DNA from: Mustelus asterias | Lineage: Eukaryota | Direction of reading: 5' to 3' | DNA length: 64,000 nucleotides | NCBI RefSeq assembly: GCF_964213995.1 | Contig: NW_027590172.1 | Coordinates: 186,001-250,000, forward strand | Shown here: positions 1 to 10,963 of the stretch, piece by piece | Layout: every line of letters starts with the position of its first letter | Position numbering within the stretch: position 1 is the first letter of the stretch | Notes under the pieces: generated by a model | Told to the model about the DNA's origin: nothing | What the model saw: the letters and a program-made list of their open reading frames with translations, nothing else | The model's database searches: none | Made by a program: the position numbers and the translations under genes

Positions 1-145
1 AGCCCAAAACAATGATAAAACACATCTGCAAACATCCACATAAAACAAACAAAACACACAGATTCTCACAGCTCGTAAATTTCAAAGGAATCCTCAGCAT
101 TCTCTCTCGCAGTGATAGCTTCTTAAAGCGACAGAGCACTACAAA

Positions 146-1123
146 CGTTTCACAATATACATTAATGATTTGGAAGATGGAACTGAAGGCACTGTTGCTA
201 AGTTTGCAGATGATACAAAGATATGTAGAGGGACAGGTAGTATTGAAGGAGCAGGGGGGCTGCAGAAGGACTTTGATGGGCTAGGAGAGTGGGCAAAGAA
301 GTGGCAGATGGAGTACAATGTGGAAAAGTGTGAGATTATGCACTTGGGTAGGAGGAATGGAGGCATAGACTATTTCCTAAATGGGGAAATGCTTCGGAAA
401 TCAGAAGCACAAAGGGACTTGGGAGTCATTGATCAAGATTCTCTTAAGGCTAATGTGCAGGTTTAGTTGGCAGTTAGGAAGGCAAATGCAATGTTATCAT
501 TCATGTCAAGAGGGCTAGAATACAACAGCAGGGATGTACTCCTGAGACAGTATGAGGCTCTGGTCAGACACATTTGGAGTATTCGGAGCAGTTTTGGGCC
601 GCACATCTAAGGAAGGATATTCTGGTCTTAGAAAGGGTCCGGAGAAGGTTCACAAGAATGATCCCTGGAATGAAGAGCTGGTCGTATGAGGAACGGTTGA
701 GGGCTCTGGGCCTGTACTCATTGGAGTTTAGAAGGATGAGGGGGTACCTTATTAAAACTTACAGGATACTGCGAGGCCTGGATAGAGTGGACGTGGAGAG
801 GATGTTTCCACTGGTAGGAAAAACTAGAACCAGAGGGTACAACCTCAGGCTAAAGGGATGATCCTTTAAAACAGAGATGAGGAGGAATTTCTTCAGCCAG
901 AGAGTGGTGAATCTGTGGAACTCTTTGCCGCAGAAGGCTGTGGGGGGCCGGGTCATTGAGTGTCTGTAAGACAGAGATAGATAGGTTCTTGATTAATAAC
1001 GGGATCAGGGGTTATGGGGAAAAGGCAGGAGAATGGGGATGAGAAAAATATCAGCCATGATTGAATAGCGGAGAAGACTCGATGGGTCTGGTGGCCTATT
1101 TCTGCTCCTATGTCTTATGGTCT
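146..1123 (+). mobile_element. CR1-clade LINE (HER1-like), 5'-truncated RT C-terminus plus 3' UTR, decayed
   Basis: ORF fragments contain KFADDTK (RT catalytic motif), KCEIMHLG, LERVRRRFTRMIPG and GLYSLEFRRMRG. The 3' end reads gactcgatggg...tatgtcttatggtct. Stops and frameshifts are present. Confidence 0.9.
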
Positions 1124-1540
1124 AAGCTCACAACTCCTTGATTAAAATAAGACACAAGATCCTTCATTCCCCTTCATTATAACTTGAACTTTTTTTTAGC
1201 CAACTTCCAAGGCCTGATTTTATAGGAAACACCAAGTCTTTGTTGATTTAAAATCCCAAACATGTTGCCAGCTGCAAAATCTTTGTTCTTTATCTGGGGT
1301 TGAGGTGACAACATGATAAAATCCTCACAGTTGTTCCAAATTCCTCCAGGCTCCACATAAAATTTACACATTTAACTGGTTCCCATAAATCCTCAATCAA
1401 AAACTAAAATAGACACGTGAGTTTCCAGGTGATTTACAAAGAAATGAACCGTCTGCTGAAAGGGTTAACTTTTCTACAGAACCTAAAGGGGTCGGGAGTG
1501 AGCAGAAAAAACTTGGCCCACAATTACTTCACTTTACATA

Positions 1541-2339
1541 TGATGGGGGTTTTTCTCGGAGGCGAAGTATTGAGCTGAACCCAGTTAATACAAAGATTTG
1601 CAAAAGACAGTATACTGGTTAAAGACATTCTTTATTGACCAACACGCGCTGGGAGAAAGGCAGCTGGGCAGTCCAACTCCTTTCTAAAGTTACAATACAT
1701 TGGCCGTGTAGTTATACTATTTTGAAAGTTCATTTCACCCACCCACTCTGTCATCCTAACTGGATGCTCCAATCATGTTCGTGCACAATATTTACCTTGG
1801 CCAATAATATCCAATCTTCTGGAAGAATGGGAATTCATTGGTCTGCAGAATCTGGAAGTTCCTGCCCACTGTTACTTTGCAACTTTCACTTACGTAGGTC
1901 CATAGGGTTCAAAGGTTGCTTTCTAACTGACTCTCAGCAACTTCTATTACATAGGTTATAGGGTTCAAAAGTTCCTTTCCACTGTCTGCTGAGCCATCCC
2001 TTATAACTCATACTGATAAAAACTGTGCTCTGTGGTTTCACTGTTCACTGTTCTGACAGAACGTGGACTGTCTCACTCAGCTTTTATCCCATTATGCTTT
2101 AGGGCAGTCTGCAGTTTGGCCAAGGTATACATTTTAGTACAAAAAGTACATATTTAAATCTGAAATACATGTTTAAATTCTCTACCAGTGGTTATATGTG
2201 TCTCTATGCAGACAGTACCTTTGTATAATATAAATAAGGCACGTTGTCGTCCTTATTCTACGTTAGTCTAAGTCAGTCCACCCTGTTTCAATAGCCTTTA
2301 TTAGTTTTTAATCTCAAGGTATTCTGAACCCCTCTGACA
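1541..2339 (-). mobile_element. Putative solo LTR (~800 bp)
   Basis: TG...CA termini with imperfect inverted ends (tgatgggggtt / aacccctctgaca) and 5-bp flanks acata/aaata. It is absent from the paralogous segment at ~38460 (empty site acaca). AATAAA lies on the minus strand at ~1631. Confidence 0.6.
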
Positions 2340-2699
2340 AAATAACTTTAAAAAACTTAAAGTTTATAATTAGTCTCAAGTAAGCTTACATTAACACTGC
2401 AATGAAGTTACTGTGAAAAATCCGCTCTCTAACAACAAAAGAAACTTGATTTTAAACTTCATCTATTAATTTTTTTGTTATATTCCTCAACCTATTTTAA
2501 TTTGATCAGTTTTTGTTAGGGATGGGTAATTTCTGTTCTTTATAAACTGGTTCACTCATTTTGTTAATTCTACACGGGCTCGGAGAATCAGAACCCAGAC
2601 TCTATCATCCATATCCTTTTTCTCCTTTTGTCACCACTTTCTCTCTGTCTTGCAGGAGGATCGTGGGGATTCCAATCAGACCGAATCATTTATTATAAA

Positions 2700-2850
2700 A
2701 GTAAAACAAAAACAGAAAATGCTGGAAAATCCCAGCAGATCGGACAGCATCTGTAGGGAGAGAATAGAGCCAACGTTTCAAGTCTGGATGACCCTTCATG
2801 AGAGCTCCTATGAAGTGTCATCTCGACTCAAAATGTTGGCTTTATTCTCA
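2700..2850. mobile_element. Penelope-like element remnant (family B), inverted-repeat form
   Basis: aacagaaaatgctggaaaat...gagccaacgtttcaagtctggatgacccttcatgagagctc followed by its inverse. Related copies lie at ~36390, ~38727 and ~55410. Confidence 0.55.
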
Positions 2851-3210
2851 AATCATTTTATCGATAAGTTTCTTGTTCTTAGTTTCCAAAAGACAGGTAA
2901 GAAATCTGTCTGGTGCCCACTCGAGCTCTGATTTGTCACTGGCCATGCTTGGGTTGGATTATAACCATTAGAATCCACTCTTAGAGGTCCACTTTTCAGT
3001 CCAGTGCTACTTGGAGTGTACCGTCACTTCACCGACTACCGGGTCACAAGACCTTCACAGTTCTTATCACAAATTTATGATAAAATAATATAAACATGCC
3101 TGAAAACGCTTCACTTCTTAGCTACCTATCACTGTTTATTGATTAGTCAGCCCCTTTTTTACAGATTCCAGGATCTCAGCTGCTGAACACCAGCTGGTCC
3201 CGCAATAATC

Positions 3211-3526
3211 TCATAGAATCTCTACAGTGCAGAAGGAGGCCATTCGGCCCATCAAGTCCGCACCAACCACAATCCCACCAACCCTATCCCCATAACCCCA
3301 TTCATTTACCCTAGCTAGTCCCCCTGACACTAAGGGGCAATTTAGCATGGCCAATCCACCTAACCCGCATTTCTTTGTACTGTGGGAGGAAACCGGAGCA
3401 ACCGGAGGAAACCTACACAGACACGGGGAGAATGTGCAAACTCCACACAGACAGTGACCCAAGCTGGGAATTGAACCCGGGTTCCTGGCGCTGTGAGGCA
3501 GCAGTGCTGACCACTGTGCCGCCCCA
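3211..3526 (-). mobile_element. HE1/V-SINE-like tRNA-derived SINE
   Basis: Reverse complement shows A/B boxes (cagtggtcagc...gggttcaattccc), the V-domain gtgtggagtttgcacattctcc and the CR1-type tail ccttctgcactgtagagattctatga. Confidence 0.9.
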
Positions 3527-4017
3527 GTTTAATTCTAACTCATTCTGAGTAAATATTCTCACCAGGTCCTCTGTTGGGGCCCTGCTGAGCAGCTTTAATG
3601 TTCTGTGATTGCAGAAACTGAGCAGTCACAGGAATGTGGTTAAGATAGTCCAGTCCCACAATGCCTCACATTCAATCTGCTGTCCTTCAATTATAACAGA
3701 ATATGTGGCTGTATGTAGCTGCCTCGGCCATGGTCAACCCCAACACTGCCTTCCTGAACTGCTACAATGCCTGAGGTGTTAGTACACCCACAGTGCGGTT
3801 AGGGAGGGATTTCCAGCTACACATTCCAGACTTTCACGAGACTGTAGGTGGATACCAGATTGAGCTATTCCATTCAACCACACCCAAGGTGAGTTATTCC
3901 AATTCCCTTATTGTCCAGGACAATATATTCACAATATCTTTAAAACAGAAATTAAACATTCCCATTTGATTTCAGGTACGAACATATTCTGTTAGTTTGT
4001 TCTTTATTGTCGATGTC

Positions 4018-4315
4018 AGGCTGGGGTTGTTCCCCTTGGAGCAAAGTACGTTGAAGGGAGATTTGATAGAGGTGGACAAGATTCTGAAAGGTTTAGATAA
4101 GGTGGACAAAGAAAAGCTGTTCCCATTCGCTGAAGGGACAAGGATGAGGGGGACATTGATTTAAGGTTTTGGGTCAGAGATGCAGGGGGGGGATGTGAGG
4201 AAGAATATTTTGATGCAGCGAATGGTAATGACCTGGAACTCGCTGCCTACGAGGGTGGAGGAAGTGGAGACAATAAACAATTACAAAGGAAATTGGATGG
4301 GCATTTGGGGGAGTT
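4018..4315 (+). mobile_element. Old CR1 3' fragment downstream of ZNF-A
   Basis: Decayed LGLFxLEQRRLRGDLIEVDKIL-type sequence. The same insertion recurs at ~40070 and ~48845. Confidence 0.75.
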
Positions 4316-4565
4316 TCAAACAAAAATAGCGACTCTTAACTTCCCAACATCCTGTCACTCTGTGATCCGTATGAAATTTGAAACCGGGTATTCGCAACAA
4401 GACTCAAAGAGCATCAGCCCACTGGAGGCAAAGTCATGAGACCGGCCAGTCCAGCAGAAAGAAACCCTCCGACCCTCCCCATTGACCAACTGTGAGAATG
4501 AACAAAATGCAGTCCTGGGTGTAATTGAGAGCAGAAACAAGAACAGCAGAATCCAAACCCTGGAA

Positions 4566-5912
4566 TCACTCGTGAACTTGTTGGTGTCTCAGCAGGTGGG
4601 ATGAAAGACTGAATCTTTTCTCACACACAGAGCAGCTGAATGGTCTCTCCCAAGTATGAACTCGCTGGTGTATCCGCAGGTGGGAGGACCGAGTGAATCC
4701 CTTCCCACACAGAGAGCAGGTGAACGGCCTCTCCCCAGTGTGAACTTGCTGGTGCCTCAGCAGCCTGGATGAATCACAGAATCCCTTCCCACACTGACAG
4801 CAGGTGAATGGCCTCTCCCCAGTGTGAACTCGTTGGTGTATCTGCAGGCTGGATAATCGAGGAAATCCCTTCCCACACTGAGGGAAGGTGAACGGTCTCT
4901 CCCCAGTGTGAACTCGCTGGTGTGTCCGCAGGCTGGATGACTGAATGAATCCCTTCCCACACTGAGAGCAGGTGAATGGCCTCTCCCCAGTGTGAACTCG
5001 CTGATGTATCTGCAGCTGGGATGACTGAGTGAATCCCTCCCCACATTGAGAGCAGGTGAATGGTCTCTCCCCAGTGTGAACTCGCTGGTGTATCTGCAGG
5101 TGGGATGACTGAGTGAATCCCTTCCCACACTGAGAGCAGGTGAATGGCCTCTCCCCAGTGTGAACTCGCTGGTGTCTCCGCAGGTGGGATGACAGAGTGA
5201 ATCCCTTCCCACACTGAGAGCAGGTGAATGGCCTCTCTCCAGTGTGAACTCGCTGGTGTGCCCGCAGGTTGAATGACTGAGTGAAACCCTTCCCACACTG
5301 AGAGCAGGTGAATGGCCTCTCCCCAGTGTGAACTCGCTGGTGTGTCCGCAGGTTGGATAATCGGGTAAATCCCTTCCCACACTGAGAGCAGGTGAACGGT
5401 CTCTCCCCAGTGTGAACTCGCTGGTGTGTCTGCAGGCTGGATGACTGAGTGAATCCCTTCCCACACTGAGAGCAGGTGAATGGCCTCTCCCCAGTGTGAA
5501 CTCGCTGATGTATCTGCAGCTGGGATGATTGAGTGAATCCCTCCCCACATTGTGAGCAGGTGAATGGCCTCTCCCCAGTGTGAACTCGCTGGTGTATCTG
5601 TAGGTGGGATGACTGAGTGAATCCCTTCCCACACTGAGAGCAGGTGAATGGCCTCTCCCCAGTGTGAACTCGCTGGTGTCTCCGCAGGTGGGATGAGTGA
5701 GTGAATCCCTTCCCACACTGAGAGCATGTGAATGGTCTCTCCCCAGTGTGAACGTGCTGATGTGACTGCAGGTTGAATGACCGAGTGAATCCCTTCCCAC
5801 ACTGAGAGCAGGTAAATGGCCTCTCCCCAATGTGGCTGCGCCGATGAGCTTCCAGCAGAGATGGGGATCTGTACCTCCTCCCACAGTCCCCACATTTCGA
5901 CGGTTTCTCCAT
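4566..5912 (-). CDS. ZNF-A: C2H2 poly-zinc-finger protein, 448 aa, 16 fingers (finger 13 has C->F), no effector domain seen
   Basis: Open frame from accATGG (MEKPSKC) with 28-aa CxxC-12-HxxxH repeats and TGERPF linkers. A splice acceptor lies at ~6263. Confidence 0.92.
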   Translation of the reverse strand: MEKPSKCGDCGRRYRSPSLLEAHRRSHIGERPFTCSQCGKGFTRSFNLQSHQHVHTGERPFTCSQCGKGFTHSSHLRRHQRVHTGERPFTCSQCGKGFTQSSHLQIHQRVHTGERPFTCSQCGEGFTQSSQLQIHQRVHTGERPFTCSQCGKGFTQSSSLQTHQRVHTGERPFTCSQCGKGFTRLSNLRTHQRVHTGERPFTCSQCGKGFTQSFNLRAHQRVHTGERPFTCSQCGKGFTLSSHLRRHQRVHTGERPFTCSQCGKGFTQSSHLQIHQRVHTGERPFTCSQCGEGFTQSSQLQIHQRVHTGERPFTCSQCGKGFIQSSSLRTHQRVHTGERPFTFPQCGKGFPRLSSLQIHQRVHTGERPFTCCQCGKGFCDSSRLLRHQQVHTGERPFTCSLCGKGFTRSSHLRIHQRVHTWERPFSCSVCEKRFSLSSHLLRHQQVHE

Positions 5913-6514
5913 GGTGCAGGTGTCCTTGCTGCTCTCTTGGGTGGACAATCAGTTGAAGCCTCGTCCACACACACAACACGTGTACAGTCTCTCCCTGCTG
6001 TGAATGGTGTGATATTTATTCAGGCTGTGTGACTGGTTAAAGCTCTTTAGTCAGTGCGCTGGAACACTCTCACTCGAGTGTGGCAGTGTGTTGGTGCTTT
6101 TCCAGTCACACTGATGTTTGAAATCTTTTCAAATCAACAGACTGGACAATCATTTCTCCTTCTAGATTCAAAGTCCGATGATATTCAGCTCCCAAGGAAT
6201 ATGACTCTGTCAGATCTCGACGTGATGTTTGAGATTTCGGCCTGTGATTCCTCTTTCAATATCCTATAAAACGAGTTTACAAAAGTCATCAGTGTCAGTA
6301 CAGGATAGAAATTCAGAACAGACAATTCTAGTTTCTATGGAACATTCTTTCCTCTCTCATTCCCCAAAAGCTGTGAATCTCCATCCCACACACTCTCCCT
6401 CCATTCTCACTCTGCTGTATCGAATATTCACCCTCCCAATTCTCCTGAAGGTGCTGATTGAGGCTGATTGACAGATCCATGCTCACTGCTTCCTGTCCTG
6501 GACACAGAGACCAT

Positions 6515-6920
6515 AACAAATAGGAGCTGCAGTCGGCCATTTGGCCCATCGAGTCTTTTAAACTATTCAATGAGATAATTCGTTCATCTACCTCAGCATC
6601 ATTCTCCCCACACTAAACCCATATCCCTTGATATCTTCAATATCTAGAAACCAATCAATCTAACTCTTGAAAATAGTTGATGACTGAGGTTTCACTGTCC
6701 TCAGGGGTTGAGAATTCCAAATCTTCACCAGATCCTTGAGTGAAGAAATCCCCCCACATCTTAGCTTTTGCTCCATCTTCTTGCCTGTTCCCCATAACCC
6801 TTGACACCCTTGTCAGTCAAAGATCTGTCTAACTGGAATATATTCAATGATCCTCTGCCTCCACTGGTCCCTGTGGAAGAGAAATCCGAAAGACTAACAA
6901 CCCCCTGAGGGAAGAGATGT
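6515..6920 (-). mobile_element. Old CR1 3' fragments in the ZNF-A intron
   Basis: Reverse of gactcgatgggccaaatggccgactgcagctcc and ttcttcactcaagga. An inverted paralogue lies at ~28330-28720 in the ZNF-D intron. Confidence 0.6.
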
Positions 6921-7582
6921 CTGGAAATATATAACGTAGCTACAGTTCCATATTACAAGATATTCAGATCCCAAGGAATATGACTCTGTCTAGATGTGAC
7001 GGTTGAGAGTTTTGCCTGTGATTCCTCGTTCAAAATCCTGTGAAATGAGTTTGCAAAAGTCATCACAGTCGTATAGGATAGAAATTCAGAGCAGACAATT
7101 CTAGTTTCTATGGAACATTCTTTCCTACTTCATTCCCAAAAAGTTGTAAATCTCCATCCATATCTATGGATTCTATTTAAAAATGAAAGTGGATGGGCAC
7201 TTGAAGGAAATAAACTTTCAGGAGAATGGGGATATAGAGGGGGAATGGGACTGGAATATTATACAGAGAGTCAGCATGGACTCGAGTTACCGAATGGATT
7301 CCTTCTGTGCTGTAATGACTTTATGACTGGAAATGTATAACATTGCTACAGCATTATATTGTAATGCAAGAAATAATAATTAATGTATTTTATTACAGAA
7401 ACATAAATAATATATCTAATCTGGGTACCATATAATAACACCAGACAGATCTCTGTCCTATATTAACATACTGTCCCCTTAAATGCCATCCATCTCCTGG
7501 GGAAAGCTGCCCTTTAATTGTGAACATTAGGAAAAAGACCATCCTTTTAGACAGACAAATAAATGTGTCAAGTTGAGGAAGC

Positions 7583-8060
7583 AAAGGATGTTCACCAGGC
7601 TGATTCAGGGAATCACGGGACTGATGTATGAGGAGAGATTGACGAGGTTAGGATTGTTTTCATTGGAGTTCAGATGAATGAGGGGGGAATCTCAAAGAGA
7701 CTTATAAAATTCTAACAGGTCGAGACAGGATAGATGCAGGGAGGATGTTCCCGATGGAGTCCAGAACCGGGGGTCACAGTCTGAGGATTCAGGGCAGACC
7801 ATTTAGGACGGAGGTGAGGAGACATTTCTTCACCCAAAGAGTGGTCACCCTGTGGAATTTATTACCACAGGAAGTAGTTGGTGCCAAAACATTGAATGTA
7901 TTCAAGAGGCGGCTGGATATAGCACTTGGGGCGAATGGGATCACAGGTTATGGGGAAAAAGCAGGATTAGGCTACTCAGTTGGATGATCAGCCATGATCG
8001 TAATGAATGGCGGAGCAGGCTCAAAGGGCCAAATGGCCTCCTCCTATCTTCTATGTTTCT
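7583..8060 (+). mobile_element. CR1 LINE 3' fragment
   Basis: SRTGGHSLRIQGRPFRTEVRRHFFTQRVV followed by a CR1 3' UTR ending ttctatgtttctat. Confidence 0.85.
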
Positions 8061-8240
8061 ATATCAATGTCTTCCAGAGAGAGAGAGAGGGAGACCTGGG
8101 CCAACCTTTCCAGAGTCTGCAGCCTCCCTGGATTCACTTCCTTTCCCTTCAGTTGTTGCAAGTCCCCAATTTCCCCCAGAATGAGAAAAGAAATGGAAAG
8201 GGGGAGAAAAGAAAGTGTTTTACTCACAGATGTTGCCCTC

Positions 8241-8919
8241 TTTTAGGTCAAAACAAATAAACAAACTCAAGTTAAATCAGGACAAAGTAAAAGGGGCAGC
8301 TCCCCAAAAGGAGGAGGAACAGCCTGAACAGAAATCAAAGTACAAAGGAAACTTAAAAACATCAAATTAAAATGTGATTATTAGGGTCAATAATGCACCC
8401 CAACCCATGCAGTGCCCAACGGGCACGGAAGGCGTCAACCGCGCCCGTGGACACCGCATGCCGCCTCTCCAGGGACACCCAGCCGCGAACGTAGCTGCGG
8501 TAGAGGGGAAGACAGTCAGGATGGACGGCCCCCTCGATCGCCCGGTGCCTGGACCGGTAAATGGCGCATTTCGCCAATCCCAGGAGCAGGTTCACGAGGA
8601 GGTCGCCATCCCGACCCCAACAAAAAGAGAGTGCAACCTAAGACACAAAACATAGACATGGTCCACGGACTCCACAAGGCCACAGAAGGGGCAAGCTTCA
8701 TAGCCCGTGAACCAGTGAATCCTACGGTTGTGCGGAACTGCTGCATGCATCACCCTTCACCCCAGGTCCCCGATGTAATTGGGGCAATCCCTCCATAGAG
8801 GGACCTCTACGGAAACAAGGCCCGCCAAGGTGTATCTGCGCGACAGGCGAGGAGGCGGCAGTGGAAGGTGTGCAGCAGCAGCCCGCACAGGAAACGCCTC
8901 CGCGCGGTAGAAAAAGACA
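8241..8919 (-). mobile_element. Tx1/L1-clade LINE 3' fragment
   Basis: ORF NLLLGLAKCAIYRSR...VSLER...AFRARWA resembles the Tx1 ORF2 C-terminus. The segment is GC/CpG-rich and interrupts gatgttgccc|agagg, which is contiguous at ~42290. Confidence 0.75.
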
Positions 8920-9059
8920 CAGAGGTGGAGAGAATGTTTATCCTCCTACCCTGACCTTGACCCGGGAGCCGTAAAGGTTGGTGAGAGTCGTAGCGGACAT
9001 GCCAAATTTCCTTAGTCTTCTGGGAAAGTTGGTGGGGCTTACTTATCTACAGTGTAATT

Positions 9060-9447
9060 TTTCGTTAGAGAGAAGAAGGTTAAGAGGTGACTTAATAGAG
9101 GCGTACAAGATGATCAGAGGATTAGATAGGGTGGACAGTGAGAGCCATTTTCCTCGGATGGTGATAGCTAGCACGAGGGGACATAGCTTTAAATTGAGGG
9201 GTGATAGATATAGGACAGATGTCAGAGGTAGGTTCTTCACTCAGAGAGTAGTAAGGGCGTGGAATGCCCTGCCTACAGCAGTAGTGGACTCACCAACATT
9301 AAGGGCATTTAAATGGTCATTGGGGATAAACATATGGATGGTATTGGAATAGTGTAGATGAGAGGGGCTTTGGATTGGTTTCACAGGTCGGCGCAACATT
9401 GAGGGCTGAAGGGCCTGTACTGCGCTGTAATGTTCTATGTTCTATGC
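9060..9447 (+). mobile_element. CR1 LINE 3' fragment
   Basis: FSLERRRLRGDLIEAYKMIRGLDRVD...TRGHSFKL with a tail of (gttctat)n. Confidence 0.88.
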
Positions 9448-9639
9448 TGTCAGATCTGCAGAGATTTTCCAGCATTTTCTGTTTTTATTTCCCTTTCTTT
9501 TTCCTTCTCTGTCACCGCTCTGTCTCATCAATAAGACATTGGGACTCAGAGGGTTGATGCAGTTTGATGGACAAGTTGTCTCCATTCTGAACACTGGGGA
9601 ACAAGCGCCTCCCACTCATTGACAACATTGCCCTCTACA

Positions 9640-10030
9640 AACATGGCGGCCGCACGTGCGCACTGCTCCATATTGCCCCCAATAAAGATGGCGAACGTTA
9701 ACCCGGGACGAACACGAGGAGCTGCAGCCCCGCTCGGTACAAACTGGGTCCGGGAAGCTCTCTTCCGCGGTTTGCGGCTTACACAACATGCTTACGTAGC
9801 GTTTCCACCCACCCGGGCGATCCATTGCTCTCTCCGTACCGCCAATCACCTCGAACAGATTTCCGAGCCCAAAACAAAAGCCGTTTTCCATCGCCATTAC
9901 TCACACTGCGCATGCTCGAGTTAAAGTTGGCCCCGCCCCTCGTTCGCTCCTATTGGTTGCACTGCCCCCTCTTCCCATTGGCCCGCGTTGCCGTCAATCA
10001 GCCGGGCATTGTGACGGTGACTTGCTGCTT
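9640..10030. promoter_or_regulatory. CpG-rich promoter, likely for ZNF-A
   Basis: High CpG density with an NRF1-like TGCGCATGC, YY1-like AAGATGGCG/CATGGCGGC, GC box ccccgcccc and ATTGG boxes. Paralogous to ~57000-57350. Confidence 0.7.
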
Positions 10031-10058
10031 GTCCAATAATCACAGTGACAGAGTCTCA

Positions 10059-10500
10059 GTGTAACAATGACACACACAGGCTCCAATACAATCAGAGTGG
10101 GGATGGAGCACAGAGACAACACAGCAAAGCACTGACTTACTCTGAGTGTAACAATGACACACACAGGCTCCAATACAATCAGAGTGGGGATGGAGCACAG
10201 AGACAACACAGCAAAGCACTGACTTACTCTGAGTGTAACAATGACACACACAGGCTCCAATACAATCAGAGTGGGGATGGAGCACAGAGACAACACAGCA
10301 AAGCACTGACTTACTCTGAGTGTAACAATGACACACACAGGCTCCAATACAATCAGAGTGGGGATGGAGCACAGAGACAACACAGCAAAGCACTGACTTA
10401 CTCTGAGTGTAACAATGACACACACAGACTCCAATACAATCAGAGTGGAGATGGGGCACAGAGACAACACAGCAAAGCACTGACTTACTCTGAGTGCAAC
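10059..10500. repeat. 87-bp minisatellite, ~5 near-identical copies
   Basis: Unit gtgtaacaatgacacacacaggctcc...gacttactctga starts at 10059 and recurs every 87 nt. Confidence 0.95.
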
Positions 10501-10749
10501 AAATACAATGTTTGTTCAAATAATAAGAGTCACGTTGCAGTATGTTAGCGAACACAGCATTAGATCCAATGTAATGGTAATACAGTCAGTATCTAGTGCA
10601 CCATAACCAAAGTTTAGGTTTCATTTGATAGTGTGAGTGAGTCATGGTCTATTGATATAATGTATTTAGATTCCGGTGTGTGTTACTCTGCCACTGTCAG
10701 TATCAAACAATAACCTGTCTGTTATTCCAATTCTGCTGTATTTTACAAC

Positions 10750-10963
10750 GTCGATGGTTGTCATGATGTGGAGATGCTGGCGTTGGACTGGGGTGAACAC
10801 AATAAGAGTTTTAACAACACCAGGTTAAAGTCCAACAGGTTTATTTGGTAGCAAATACCATTAGCTTTCGGAGCGCTGACGAAGGAGCAGCACTCCGAAA
10901 GATAATGGTATTTGCTACCAAATAAACCTGTTGGACTTTAACCTGGTGTTGTTAAAACTCTTA
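10750..10963. mobile_element. Penelope-like element remnant (family A), palindromic
   Basis: An ~75-bp inverted repeat (taagagttttaacaacaccagg... / ...cctggtgttgttaaaactctta) is flanked by the 14-bp direct repeat ctgtattttacaac. It contains ctgacgaaggagcagcactccgaaa. Confidence 0.7.

Noticed and set aside
4757-5979. 400-aa ORFs in the two alternative frames of ZNF-A, and similar ORFs over the other ZNFs
   Set aside because: By-product of the repetitive 84-nt finger codon pattern, which lacks stops in shifted frames. No independent evidence of coding.
9994-10555. Cys/His-rich repeat ORFs on both strands
   Set aside because: Translations of an 87-bp minisatellite whose unit length is divisible by 3.
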